Positions 28,494 through 37,453 of a stretch of 41,604 nt of DNA are shown piece by piece. A program made the translations under genes and the position numbers. The notes beneath the pieces are model-generated. The model was not told the DNA's origin and ran no database searches. It saw only the letters and a program-made list of their open reading frames with translations. Source of the stretch: Candidatus Hadarchaeota archaeon (GTDB lineage: Archaea > Hadarchaeota > Hadarchaeia > Hadarchaeales > Hadarchaeaceae); assembly GCA_040755315.1 (NCBI GenBank), contig JBFMBF010000010.1, positions 1-41,604 of the forward strand, read 5' to 3'. The stretch's first letter is position 1. Each line of letters starts with the position of its first letter.

Positions 28494-28685
28494 TCACTTC
28501 TTGAACCTGCCAATCTCTTCCATCACGTCAATGCTGCTGAGAATGGCGGCCCTGCAGCAGTATCTTTTCAGCCCGAGGTCGTCTAGGACCTTCTTAGGGT
28601 CCTCGCCCTGCTTCACCTTCGCGTCAAACTGCTCGTACTTGTCGCCGAGAAGCTCACCACAGCTGAAACACCTTATTGGTCTCAT
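28494..28685 (-). CDS. rpoN: DNA-directed RNA polymerase subunit Rpo10 (RpoN)
   Basis: MRPIRCFSCG...LDDLGLKRYCCR; start reassigned to ATG28685. Confidence 0.95.
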   Translation of the reverse strand: MRPIRCFSCGELLGDKYEQFDAKVKQGEDPKKVLDDLGLKRYCCRAAILSSIDVMEEIGRFKK

Positions 28686-28689
28686 CTTG

Positions 28690-29088
28690 TCACCTGTAAC
28701 TTTTCTGGAACTTGGAACGGGCTCCAGGCCCTCCGGGTTTCTTTGACTCCTTGAACCTGACATCGCTTTTAACCAGCGTCCAGTCGTACTGCTTGAAGCT
28801 CTCCCTCAGCTTGGGGTCGTCCGCCCACCCTACCAGTCCGCGGGCGATGGCAGTCCTCACAGCGTCGGCCTGCCCCATGTAGCCTCCCCCGCCGACCCTG
28901 ACGTCTATGTCCACCTTCTTCACGACATCCGGGGCGAGCTCCAGCGGCTCCATTATCTTGAGTCTTGCCAGTTCAGGCTCATAAACTTCCAGGGCTCGGC
29001 CGTTGACAAAGACTTTTCCCTGACCGTCCCTGACGAGGGCTCGCGCTATTGCTCCCTTCCTTCTTCCCACACCAATCGTTTTCTTCAT
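28690..29088 (-). CDS. rps9: 30S ribosomal protein uS9
   Basis: GGGYMGQADA, KKPGGPGARSKFQKSYR. Confidence 0.96.
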   Translation of the reverse strand: MKKTIGVGRRKGAIARALVRDGQGKVFVNGRALEVYEPELARLKIMEPLELAPDVVKKVDIDVRVGGGGYMGQADAVRTAIARGLVGWADDPKLRESFKQYDWTLVKSDVRFKESKKPGGPGARSKFQKSYR

Positions 29089-29522
29089 TCCTTTGCCCCC
29101 AAAAGTTTGCTCAACTTTTCAAGCTTTAAATACCGCCCAGTGCCGAGCCGCTCGAGGCCTGCGTCTGGCACGGCCACCTTCTCTTTCCCTGCCAGCTCCT
29201 CAGGCACCCCCCCGTGCACTCTGAGCCTGTGAAACGCATCTTTTCCCCTCGCCGTTTTCCATGGAAGCATCCCCCTGATTGACTTTCTGATCAAGTCCTC
29301 GGGCCGTTTTGGATGGAACGGCCCCTTGCGGGGGTTGGTTACTGTCCTTGTTTCCAGCCAGGTCCTGTATTCTTCAAGTATTGAGTCCTTCCTTCCAGAG
29401 ATGATCACTTCATCCGCGTTGACGATGGTGACCTTCTCTCCCTCGAGTAGCTTCTTCGCGGCAAAAGTCGCGAGTCGCCCCAGTATCAAATCTTTTCCGT
29501 CGATGATCAGCATCCCACTCAC
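29085..29522 (-). CDS. rpl13: 50S ribosomal protein uL13
   Basis: ILGRLA, GPFHPKRP, RGMLP. Confidence 0.95.
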   Translation of the reverse strand: MSGMLIIDGKDLILGRLATFAAKKLLEGEKVTIVNADEVIISGRKDSILEEYRTWLETRTVTNPRKGPFHPKRPEDLIRKSIRGMLPWKTARGKDAFHRLRVHGGVPEELAGKEKVAVPDAGLERLGTGRYLKLEKLSKLLGAKE

Positions 29523-29884
29523 TCCATCAGCCTGACTCCCTTCCCAGCAGGGTTCTGCTCCAGAAGCTGCTGGATGGTGAGTGCCTTCCCGCCAGCCGCG
29601 GTTATCTTCCTTTTCGCCGGGCCGGAGAACTTGAACGCGACCACCGTCATGGGGCCGTCAAGCGTCCCGGCCGCCAGGATTTTCCCCGGCACCAGCACGG
29701 TGTTACCTTCTGCAGCATGGCGGCTCAGGTGGCTGAGGTTGACCTCCGCCCTAGACCTTCTTGGCCGCTCCAGGCGTTCGGCCAGTTCAATCCAAAGCTT
29801 GCTCTTCTGACTTCTTCCCTGATCTCTCAGCTGCCTTATGAGCCTTTTCAGCACCGGGTTTGTTGGACCTGTTGGTCTTGGCAT
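29519..29884 (-). CDS. rpl18e: 50S ribosomal protein eL18
   Basis: TNPVL, RPRRSRAEVNL, VPGKIL, KITAAGG. Confidence 0.95.
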   Translation of the reverse strand: MPRPTGPTNPVLKRLIRQLRDQGRSQKSKLWIELAERLERPRRSRAEVNLSHLSRHAAEGNTVLVPGKILAAGTLDGPMTVVAFKFSGPAKRKITAAGGKALTIQQLLEQNPAGKGVRLME

Positions 29885-29964
29885 GTTGTCCCTACCCTTC
29901 TATATTCCCCACTATATAGCAACGCCAAATTTAAATGGAGTGCTAATAACTCTTTTGAGATGGT

Positions 29965-31290
29965 ATGACAACCAAACAGGAGATAATCCAGACGGTGAAA
30001 AAGGAGGGAGTAAAGTTCATTCAGATGCAGTTCATGGACATTTTGGGGGCCGTGAAAAACGTCACTCTGCCCATCAGCCAGCTTGAAAAGGCTATTGACG
30101 AGGGAGTCTTCTTTGACGGCTCTTCCATTCTGGGCTACGCTACGATAGAAGAGTCGGACATGCGGCTGATGCCCGACCCAAACACCTTCGTGGTTATCCC
30201 GTGGCTTGAGGGAGACCTGAAAACAGCTAGGTTTTTCTGTGATGTCTACGACCACGAGGGGGGCAGGTTTGACGGGGATCCACGCGCCGCCCTGCAGAAG
30301 CAGCTGGAGGCTGCGAAGAAAAAGGGATGGATTTTCAACACCGCCCCGGAGTACGAGTTCTTTTACCTGATGCTGGACGGGAATGGGAACCCAACCACGA
30401 AGCCCTCCGACTCTGGTGGTTACTTCGACCTGATGAGAGACAGGGGGGACAATGTCAGGAAGGAGACGGTGAACTACCTGAACTCCATGGGGTTTGAGGT
30501 TGAGGCTTCTCACCATGAAGTCGCACCGGGGCAGCATGAGATAGACCTGAAGTACACGGATGCTCTGACATCTGCCGACCGCGTGGCCATGATGAAGTAC
30601 GTGACGAAGACAATAGCCTACAAGCATGGCCTTTATGCAACTTTCATGCCCAAGCCAATCTGCGAGATAAACGGGAGCGGCATGCACACTCACCAGTCCC
30701 TGATTACAACCGACGGGAAGAGCGTCTTCTACGATCCGAAGGGACAGTACAAGCTAAGCAAGACTGCCATGTACTTCATAGGTGGTTTGCTGAAGTATGC
30801 GAGGGAGACATGTGCCATCCTGGCTTCTTCCGTCAACTCATACAAGCGCCTTGTGCCGGGCTACGAGGCGCCTGTCTATGTATCTTGGGCCAACCGCAAC
30901 AGGAGCGCTTTCATCAGGGTGCCGGCAGGGAGGGGGACAAAGACCAGGATAGAGCTGCGGAACCCGGACCCGGTCGGCAACCCGTACCTACAGTTTGCGG
31001 TCATGTGCGCCGCTGGCCTGAAGGGCATCGAGGACAAGATAGAGCCACCGGAGCCAGTGGAGAAGGACATCTTCCACATGGGTGTGGAGGAGAGGGAGGC
31101 GCTTGGAATAGGGGATTTGCCGGGCAACCTGGGGGAGGCCCTGAACAGCATGAGAAAGAGCACGCTGATCCGCGAGGCTTTGGGGGAGCATCTGTTCAAC
31201 CACTTCCTGTATATCAAGGAGAAGGAATGGCAAAGCTACGGCATGCACATCACGGACTGGGAGATAAACAAGCTTCTGCCAGCGCTTTAG
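29965..31290 (+). CDS. glnA: Glutamine synthetase type I
   Basis: FDGSSI, EASHHEVAPGQHEI, ATFMPKP, NGSGMHTHQS, SYKRLVPGYEAP, RIELRNPDP. Confidence 0.94.
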   Translation: MTTKQEIIQTVKKEGVKFIQMQFMDILGAVKNVTLPISQLEKAIDEGVFFDGSSILGYATIEESDMRLMPDPNTFVVIPWLEGDLKTARFFCDVYDHEGGRFDGDPRAALQKQLEAAKKKGWIFNTAPEYEFFYLMLDGNGNPTTKPSDSGGYFDLMRDRGDNVRKETVNYLNSMGFEVEASHHEVAPGQHEIDLKYTDALTSADRVAMMKYVTKTIAYKHGLYATFMPKPICEINGSGMHTHQSLITTDGKSVFYDPKGQYKLSKTAMYFIGGLLKYARETCAILASSVNSYKRLVPGYEAPVYVSWANRNRSAFIRVPAGRGTKTRIELRNPDPVGNPYLQFAVMCAAGLKGIEDKIEPPEPVEKDIFHMGVEEREALGIGDLPGNLGEALNSMRKSTLIREALGEHLFNHFLYIKEKEWQSYGMHITDWEINKLLPAL

Positions 31291-31327
31291 TCGACTCCCG
31301 GTAATACAGAGCTATCGCCGCGTTTGC

Positions 31328-31347
31328 AAAAATAAAAATAAAAAAAA
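31328..31347 (-). terminator. Oligo-T terminator-like tract downstream of the carbamoyltransferase
   Basis: AAAAATAAAAATAAAAAAAA on +, i.e. T-tracts on -, about 12 nt past the stop codon. Confidence 0.5.
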
Positions 31348-31358
31348 TTTATTGCCCC

Positions 31359-32411
31359 TTACATGAACATTGCCATTACTGCTTTCTGGGCGTGCAGCCT
31401 GTTCTCGGCCTCTTCAAAGTACAGGGAACGAGTGTATTTGTCGAGAACCTCGTCGGTTACTTCCTGTCCACGGTCAGCTGGCCCGCAATGCATGTAGAAT
31501 GCTTTATGAGTCTTGTCGAGCAGCTCGGTCGTGCAAATCCAGTCCTTGAATTTCTCCTGGTAATTGGATGCGCCGTCCTTGTCGACCACCTTGTTGTATG
31601 GCGGGACGAACTGCTTTGGTGACCAGGCCTTGGGGTAGACGAAGTCGGCACCTTCAAAGGCTTCCTTCATGTCGTGGGAAACCTCGAAGCTTCCTCCGTA
31701 GCGGTTGGCGTTTTCTTTTGCTGCTTTAATTACACTGTCCTCAAGCTCGAAGCCTTTTGGGTGCGCTAGGACAACATTCATGCCGAACTGGGTGGTCACC
31801 AAGACTTCGCTCTGCGGCACTGCCAGCGGCTTCAACCCCCCGGAGTAGGCGTAGGACACGACGAACTTCTTCCCCTGAAGATTCGGCTCGAAGTTCCTCG
31901 CAGCCTGGATGTCGGCCATCGCTTGGAAGGGATGGTAGAGGTCGTCCTCCATGTTCAGCACTGGAATGTCGGACCATTTGGCGAACTCTTCTATTACTCT
32001 GTGCCCGCGCCCTATCGTCCACTTTGCGGCGTCCCCGTAGATTCTTATCGCGATAGCCTCTCCATAGCGGGTGAGCACTCTGGCCACATCTGAGATGGCT
32101 TCGGTGGCGTAGGGGACCATGTCCTCAGGGAGTGTCGGAGTGTACAGATCAGAAGGGCTGAGGAAATGCGCATGCCCTCCAAGCTGATATATCCCTGCTT
32201 CAAAGGAGTTCCTGGTTCTGAGCGAGCGGTTGTAAAAAATCATGAACAGAGTCCGCCCAGGCAGGTAGTGTGTCATCTCCTTCTTTCTGAACTTTGTCCT
32301 GAGGTCGTCTGCGGCGTCCAAGATTCTCCTGAGTTCATCCTGTGTGAAATCCTGGGTGTTAAGGAAGTCCTTTCCTTTCATTGACCCAACGTACTTTGGC
32401 GTTCCTAACAA
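31359..32411 (-). CDS. Carbamoyltransferase, AOTC/YgeW (knotted) subfamily of the OTCase/ATCase family
   Basis: FYNRSLRTRNSF, HPFQAMAD, SYAYSGGLKPLAVPQS, YPKAWSP, HCGPADRG, EAENRLH; SD GGAGGTG upstream of TTG. Confidence 0.8.
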   Translation of the reverse strand: MLGTPKYVGSMKGKDFLNTQDFTQDELRRILDAADDLRTKFRKKEMTHYLPGRTLFMIFYNRSLRTRNSFEAGIYQLGGHAHFLSPSDLYTPTLPEDMVPYATEAISDVARVLTRYGEAIAIRIYGDAAKWTIGRGHRVIEEFAKWSDIPVLNMEDDLYHPFQAMADIQAARNFEPNLQGKKFVVSYAYSGGLKPLAVPQSEVLVTTQFGMNVVLAHPKGFELEDSVIKAAKENANRYGGSFEVSHDMKEAFEGADFVYPKAWSPKQFVPPYNKVVDKDGASNYQEKFKDWICTTELLDKTHKAFYMHCGPADRGQEVTDEVLDKYTRSLYFEEAENRLHAQKAVMAMFM

Positions 32412-32530
32412 TTGTTCACCTCCGTGATTGGGTTCCTCTCGGCAATTTAAATGTTTTTGAAACCCCGCGGCGGCCAGAAACAGCGATTTTTATAAAGATA
32501 AAAACCCGCGGCACAATTTAGAGTGAGTAC

Positions 32531-33211
32531 ATGAACGTGATTTATGACGGCAAGACCAACACGATTGTCGAGAGGGGGGGGAAGCTGCTGCTCCGGTTCA
32601 AAGACACTTTGTTGGGTGACGAACATAGAAGGGTAGACCCTGGAGGGGATGTTGTAGTTGGTCGCGTGCCCGGTAAAGGCATCGCTTCTGCAGCGTCTGC
32701 CGCGCGTTTTTTTAAGGTGCTCAAAAGCGCCCATGTCCCGACCCACTATGTCAGGCAGCACTCGAAAGATGAACTTGAAATTCGCCTGGCTGAGCCGATA
32801 AGGTTGGAAGTAGTATACAGAGCCCTAGCTTACGGAAGCTTTCTTAGGAGGTACAGAGGCCACGTTAGTCAGCTTTCGAGGCTTGATGTTGTGGAGTTCA
32901 ACATGAAAGAAGACATCCTGCACGACCCGCTCATCAACGATGATGCGATAGCTAGGTTGCAAATAGCCAGCGCCGATGAAATCAGGAGGATGAAGCAGCT
33001 TACGCGAAAAATCTACATGTGTGTTTCAAAAGACCTCGAGCGGTATGGGTTGACACTAGTCGACATGAAGCTTGAGTTCGGGAGAATTCAGAAAAAGCTC
33101 GCGATGATTGACGCGCTGAGCGGGGACACCATGAGGGTGCTTGACCCAAAAAGCGGGAGGATACTGAGCCAGCTTGAGCTCGCTGAGAGGCTGGCGAAGT
33201 CTTCTGGATAA
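32531..33211 (+). CDS. purC: SAICAR synthetase (short, DPG-insert subtype)
   Basis: YDGKT, RFKD, PTHY, LEVV..GSFLRRY, HDP, DMKLEFG. Confidence 0.82.
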   Translation: MNVIYDGKTNTIVERGGKLLLRFKDTLLGDEHRRVDPGGDVVVGRVPGKGIASAASAARFFKVLKSAHVPTHYVRQHSKDELEIRLAEPIRLEVVYRALAYGSFLRRYRGHVSQLSRLDVVEFNMKEDILHDPLINDDAIARLQIASADEIRRMKQLTRKIYMCVSKDLERYGLTLVDMKLEFGRIQKKLAMIDALSGDTMRVLDPKSGRILSQLELAERLAKSSG

Positions 33212-33239
33212 GTTGAAGAGATAACGGTTTGGTGTAGCT

Positions 33240-34001
33240 TTGCAGAAAAAAATAATTCTGCCGCACTTGGTCGACGCCCATGCACACTTGGAAGATATTC
33301 CTGACATCGATGAAGAAATTTCCCGGGCCGGGGAGGCCGGAGTCATTGCAGTGGTCGCTGTAGGCTCAGATGAAAAGTCAAATGAAGCCGCGCTTGAAAT
33401 ATCGGGACGGCATCGAGGCCTCGTATTCCCTGCTCTGGGGCTGCACCCGTGGAATCTCCGGGAAGATTTTGGGCCGATGCTTGAGTTCATGGAAAGAAAT
33501 ATTGAAAGGTGCGTCGCCATTGGGGAGGTTGGACTGGATTTCAAGATTCAAAAGCCAAAGGAGCTACAGGTTGCGGCATTTAAGGGGGTGCTGGAGCTTG
33601 CGGGGAGGTTCAAAAAACCAGTTATCGTCCATTCGCGCTGGGCGTGGAGGGATGCCTTTGACCTCGTAAAAGAAGCGGGTGCCCGGGGAGTCATATTCCA
33701 CTGGTACAGCGGGCCGATGGATGTCTTGCGCGAGCTTCTGGAGTTGGGCCATCTTGTTTCGGCGACTCCTGCTGTTGAGTACAGCGAGTACCACAGGCCT
33801 GTCGTGTCTGAAGTGCCTCTTTCCCAGCTTGTGCTTGAGACTGATTCTCCTGTCGTTTACCGGGGGCGGCCTTCCAGGCCGGCCGATGTCGTGGGAGTCA
33901 TGAGGGCTGTGGCCAAGCTCAAGGGAGTCAGCGAGGAGAAGGTGGCAGAGGCTACCACTGAAAACGCTGCGAAGCTGTTCAACTTTAAAAAGTTTCAATG
34001 A
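33240..34001 (+). CDS. TatD-family metallo-hydrolase/DNase
   Basis: VDAHAHL, GLHPW, AIGEVGLD, VHSR, FHWYSG, LETDSP. Confidence 0.9.
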   Translation: MQKKIILPHLVDAHAHLEDIPDIDEEISRAGEAGVIAVVAVGSDEKSNEAALEISGRHRGLVFPALGLHPWNLREDFGPMLEFMERNIERCVAIGEVGLDFKIQKPKELQVAAFKGVLELAGRFKKPVIVHSRWAWRDAFDLVKEAGARGVIFHWYSGPMDVLRELLELGHLVSATPAVEYSEYHRPVVSEVPLSQLVLETDSPVVYRGRPSRPADVVGVMRAVAKLKGVSEEKVAEATTENAAKLFNFKKFQ

Positions 34002-34914
34002 GTCTTGCGAGCGGCTTCTGCGTAGGTGCGGGAGGTGTACTTTAACACTACCACGACAAGCACAACAACCACCACTACCATTGCCACTATCACCACGTAC
34101 AAAGGCGGGATTCCGGCGAAAGGCAGGGTGGGAAGCGTCATCACAATTTCGTCCCCGGAGATAGATGCGCCAGCAGAGCCTGGCGGACCAACGATTGTCG
34201 CAGTGGGGTCGATTGTCACGCCGACGCCGTAGCCGGGCAGACTCACCTGGTACAGCAGAGTACATGTGAGAACCACCCTGCCATTCTCGTCACGCTTTTG
34301 CCACTGCTCTAGCGGATAATCGAAACCAGAAAGGTCAAGGAACGTGCTTCTGGAGTCTATCAACCTGCCTCGAACTAGCTTCGAGCCGGACAACCTGAAT
34401 CCCCCCCACTTCAAGTTGATTTTTCTTTTGCCGTCAGAGGTATCAGTGAAGACGCTGACACCGCTTATGTCAAACTCAACATTGGTGGCCACGGTTATGA
34501 CGTAGTTTTCCCTCTGTGAGTCAAAAGTGATTTTCAAATTGTCTATGTCGGCGTTTGCGACGTAATCCTTTATTCTTGTTTCTGCAATATCCTCAATCGC
34601 CTCTTCAAAATCTGTCCGGTAGTTCTCCCACACATCCTCCACCTGCTCAAAAGTCGAGTCCAGGTTATCAAGCACCTGGTCGATGGATGGTATGAGGGCG
34701 CTTGACACCCCGAAGTTTTCAAGGTACTCCCTCAGATAATTGTAAATTGTTTGAAGATCCAGCGCCACGACAACATCAACACCAATGTAACATCAACACC
34801 AATGTGGATGTTGTTTTCGCTGATGGTTGCTGAGAAAGTCAGCCCTGTAGCTGCGGGAGCTGCAATAATTGCTGTCAGCAGCGACAACACGATAGCAAGT
34901 GACAGTCTTTTCAA
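33995..34914 (-). pseudogene. Secreted, C-terminally anchored cell-surface protein frameshifted by a 17-bp tandem duplication
   Basis: Signal-peptide ORF (34732-34914) and 257-aa ORF with C-terminal TM (33995-34768) fuse into one 300-aa ORF when one repeat copy is removed. Confidence 0.8.
34772..34805. repeat. Perfect 2x17-bp tandem repeat AACATCAACACCAATGT
   Basis: Copies at 34772-34788 and 34789-34805. Confidence 0.95.
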
Positions 34915-35022
34915 GTTATTACCAAAACAACATGATTTTGTAAGTTTAAAGCATTCGGCGGCTGTTTTCGGTGCCTCCCGCGGTGATTTTAAGCGCAGGG
35001 TTCAAGATGTGATGGGACGGCT

Positions 35023-36054
35023 ATGATGGTCACTTTCGAAAAGGAAAAGGAGTTCATCCGGGCCCTGCTCGAAAAACTTGGCGCGACCGAGGAGGAAGCG
35101 AACGCCACAGCAGAGGTTCTAGCTGAGGCGGATGTCAGAGGCCTTGCCTCCCACGGAATACTTAGATTGTCTTACATTCTCAAGGCGATCAAGCGAGGCA
35201 CGATTTTGGTCAAGGCAAACGTGATTGTCGTGAAAGATGCCCCTGCGACCGCGCTTGTGGACGGCGGACATGGATTGGGGCATTTCGTCGCAAAAAAAGC
35301 TATGAAGATTGCAATAGAAAAGGCGAAGAAGCAGGGCGTGGCCGCGGTCGGCGTCTTCAACTCTAACCACTTTGGGATTGCCGGCTACTACGCTGAGATG
35401 GCGATGAAGGAAGGATTGGTCGGCATCGTGACGACGACGACAGACGCGCTCGTTCATCCATGGGGCGGCGTCGAGCCGCTTCTCGGGACGAACGCGCTCG
35501 CCATAGGCTTCCCGACAGAGCCGCCGGTTTTGCTCGATATGGCTATGAGCATAGCCGCGCGGGGGAAGCTAGTGGATGCGATGAAGAAGGGACAGAAGAT
35601 TCCTGAAAGCTGGGCAATAGACCCGGAAGGCAGGCCGACCACCGACCCGGCCCAAGGGCTGAAGGGGGCACTGAGCCCGTTTGGCGGGCCTAAGGGTTAT
35701 GCTTTGGCTTTTGCGATGGAGCTCCTCGCAGGGCCTTTGGTGAGGGCTGGAGTTGGGAAGGGGGTTGATGGTACTCTGGAGCCTGTGAGCGGATTCTGCA
35801 CAAAGGGGGACTTTATGATGGCCGTCGACCCTGCAGCGTTCGTCTCGCCTGAGGAGTTCAGAACCCGCGTCAAGGAATATGTAGATGAGATTAAGGCGTC
35901 GAAAAAGGCTCCGGGCGTGCAGCAGATACTAGTCCCAGGAGAGCCTGAGCTGAGGGCTCGTGAAAAGCGCCTGAAAGATGGATACACGATTGCGGACGAA
36001 GTCTGGGCGGAACTCGAGCAGATCGCGAAGGGGCTTGGCATTCAGATAAAATGA
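35023..36054 (+). CDS. Ldh_2-family dehydrogenase (malate/L-sulfolactate dehydrogenase, ComC-like)
   Basis: ADVRGLASHG, NSNHFGIAG, LGTNAL, LDMAMS, PFGGPKGY, LVPGE. Confidence 0.88.
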   Translation: MMVTFEKEKEFIRALLEKLGATEEEANATAEVLAEADVRGLASHGILRLSYILKAIKRGTILVKANVIVVKDAPATALVDGGHGLGHFVAKKAMKIAIEKAKKQGVAAVGVFNSNHFGIAGYYAEMAMKEGLVGIVTTTTDALVHPWGGVEPLLGTNALAIGFPTEPPVLLDMAMSIAARGKLVDAMKKGQKIPESWAIDPEGRPTTDPAQGLKGALSPFGGPKGYALAFAMELLAGPLVRAGVGKGVDGTLEPVSGFCTKGDFMMAVDPAAFVSPEEFRTRVKEYVDEIKASKKAPGVQQILVPGEPELRAREKRLKDGYTIADEVWAELEQIAKGLGIQIK

Positions 36055-36079
36055 AAACTGACTGTACTCGGGTGGAACC

Positions 36080-36835
36080 TTGAAAAGCGCGGTTATCGTC
36101 TTGGTGGCTGCTGCGTCTGTGGCCCTTGTGTTCAGCGCTTACTTTGTGACGCAGATGATCGAGGCTGAGAACCAGCAGATCACAACAATCCGGAAGGGTT
36201 ACCTGCCCAAGATGATCAGACGCAGCAAGCTCCTCCTGCAGAAAGAGAACTTCCAACAGCTTTCGCCATACCAGGCTTACGTCACACCAAATGACTCGGC
36301 TGTCCAGACGCTGGCGAGCGGGTCCACCAAGCAGCAAGCATACTCGACGGCCGTCCAATGGGTGTGGGTCTCGGATACGACTCTCAACGGCATATCCGAG
36401 AAATGGCTCATGCCTAGCGAGTTTTTGACGAACACTCCGAGCTACCCCACGAACCCAGCCGCGGGCCACGTTGCGAGTGACTGCGAGGAGCAGGCGTACA
36501 CCCTAGTCTCTTTGATACGGGCGATTGGAACTTCTGCCAGTGATGTCAGGGTCGTGGTAGGGCAAGTGAATTTCAACGGGGAAATTGGGGGCCATGCATG
36601 GGTTGAAGTTTACGAGGGCGGGAGGTGGTTAGCGTTGGAAGCCACATCAGGACCTTACTGGGACGACGAAGACGGAAGATTGTACCAGAGCAGCGGATAT
36701 CCTTATTATTACTTCTTGACTCACACATTTCCCTCGCTTGAAGTCTGGGGTTACTTCAACGACACGTACTACTACAACCCGACGACGGGGCAGGGCAACG
36801 CTCCGGCAAGCTGGCGCACGTTGTCTGCAGCCTGA
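36080..36835 (+). CDS. Membrane-anchored transglutaminase-like (cysteine protease fold) protein
   Basis: N-terminal TM; SDCEEQA...LIRAIG, GHAWVEV, WLALEAT. Confidence 0.8.
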   Translation: MKSAVIVLVAAASVALVFSAYFVTQMIEAENQQITTIRKGYLPKMIRRSKLLLQKENFQQLSPYQAYVTPNDSAVQTLASGSTKQQAYSTAVQWVWVSDTTLNGISEKWLMPSEFLTNTPSYPTNPAAGHVASDCEEQAYTLVSLIRAIGTSASDVRVVVGQVNFNGEIGGHAWVEVYEGGRWLALEATSGPYWDDEDGRLYQSSGYPYYYFLTHTFPSLEVWGYFNDTYYYNPTTGQGNAPASWRTLSAA

Positions 36836-36886
36836 ATCCCGGAGGAATCGCGCCACCTTAAACTCACAATCTGAACCGATTGATTG

Positions 36887-37450
36887 TCAGTGTTTTTTCA
36901 GATATCCCACAAGCTCCGGAGAGATCAATGGTTTTCGTCCAACAAGCGGGAATGCATATGGCAGCGAGACTGAATAATTTTTTGTTATCTTTATCTCAAG
37001 CCCGAGCCGGACTGGAACGTCTTCAAGCTGTTTCCCCTCTCCTACAAGTTTTGCAACGTAAATTGCGCCGTCTATGGAGAACTGGTTCCGTCCTAAGTTT
37101 CTCTTGGTCGCCCGCTGGAGATGTTTTGTTAGAAGTTCTCCAGTCCGACCCATAGGAGGGTCGTTGCCCAAGATTCCCCCGACCACCACTGTTTTTTTCC
37201 CGTCTAGGTCAGCTGGTGACAGCTTTTTCCTTGCGCGCGGGTCAAGCACCACGAGTTCTTCGAGGTCAAAAACATCCCCCACCCGTTTTCGTTCTGTATT
37301 GGAAATCTTGCCGAGTCTGCGGAGTTCACCTGGACTTTTCAAGTTTGTTATCATCAGATTATTCCTCCCGACAATCCTGGCCGCGCTAGAGTATTCTATG
37401 AAAAGCCATTCACTCAACTTCGGCTCCAAATGTTCGATGACAAAAAGCAT
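36887..37450 (-). CDS. Sfm1-like SPOUT SAM-dependent methyltransferase (DUF431)
   Basis: VIEHLE..SEWLFIEY, LDP, VGGILGNDPP.GRT, RNLG..QFSIDGA. Confidence 0.85.
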   Translation of the reverse strand: MLFVIEHLEPKLSEWLFIEYSSAARIVGRNNLMITNLKSPGELRRLGKISNTERKRVGDVFDLEELVVLDPRARKKLSPADLDGKKTVVVGGILGNDPPMGRTGELLTKHLQRATKRNLGRNQFSIDGAIYVAKLVGEGKQLEDVPVRLGLEIKITKNYSVSLPYAFPLVGRKPLISPELVGYLKKH

Positions 37451-37453
37451 GGT

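Noticed and set aside
29885..29964. NrpR operator (GGAA-N6-TTCC) upstream of glnA
   Set aside because: Motif not present; only two TATA-like boxes
32460..32512. Short near-direct repeat AAACCC(C)GCGGC in the carbamoyltransferase-purC gap
   Set aside because: Two imperfect 11-12-bp copies; too weak to call
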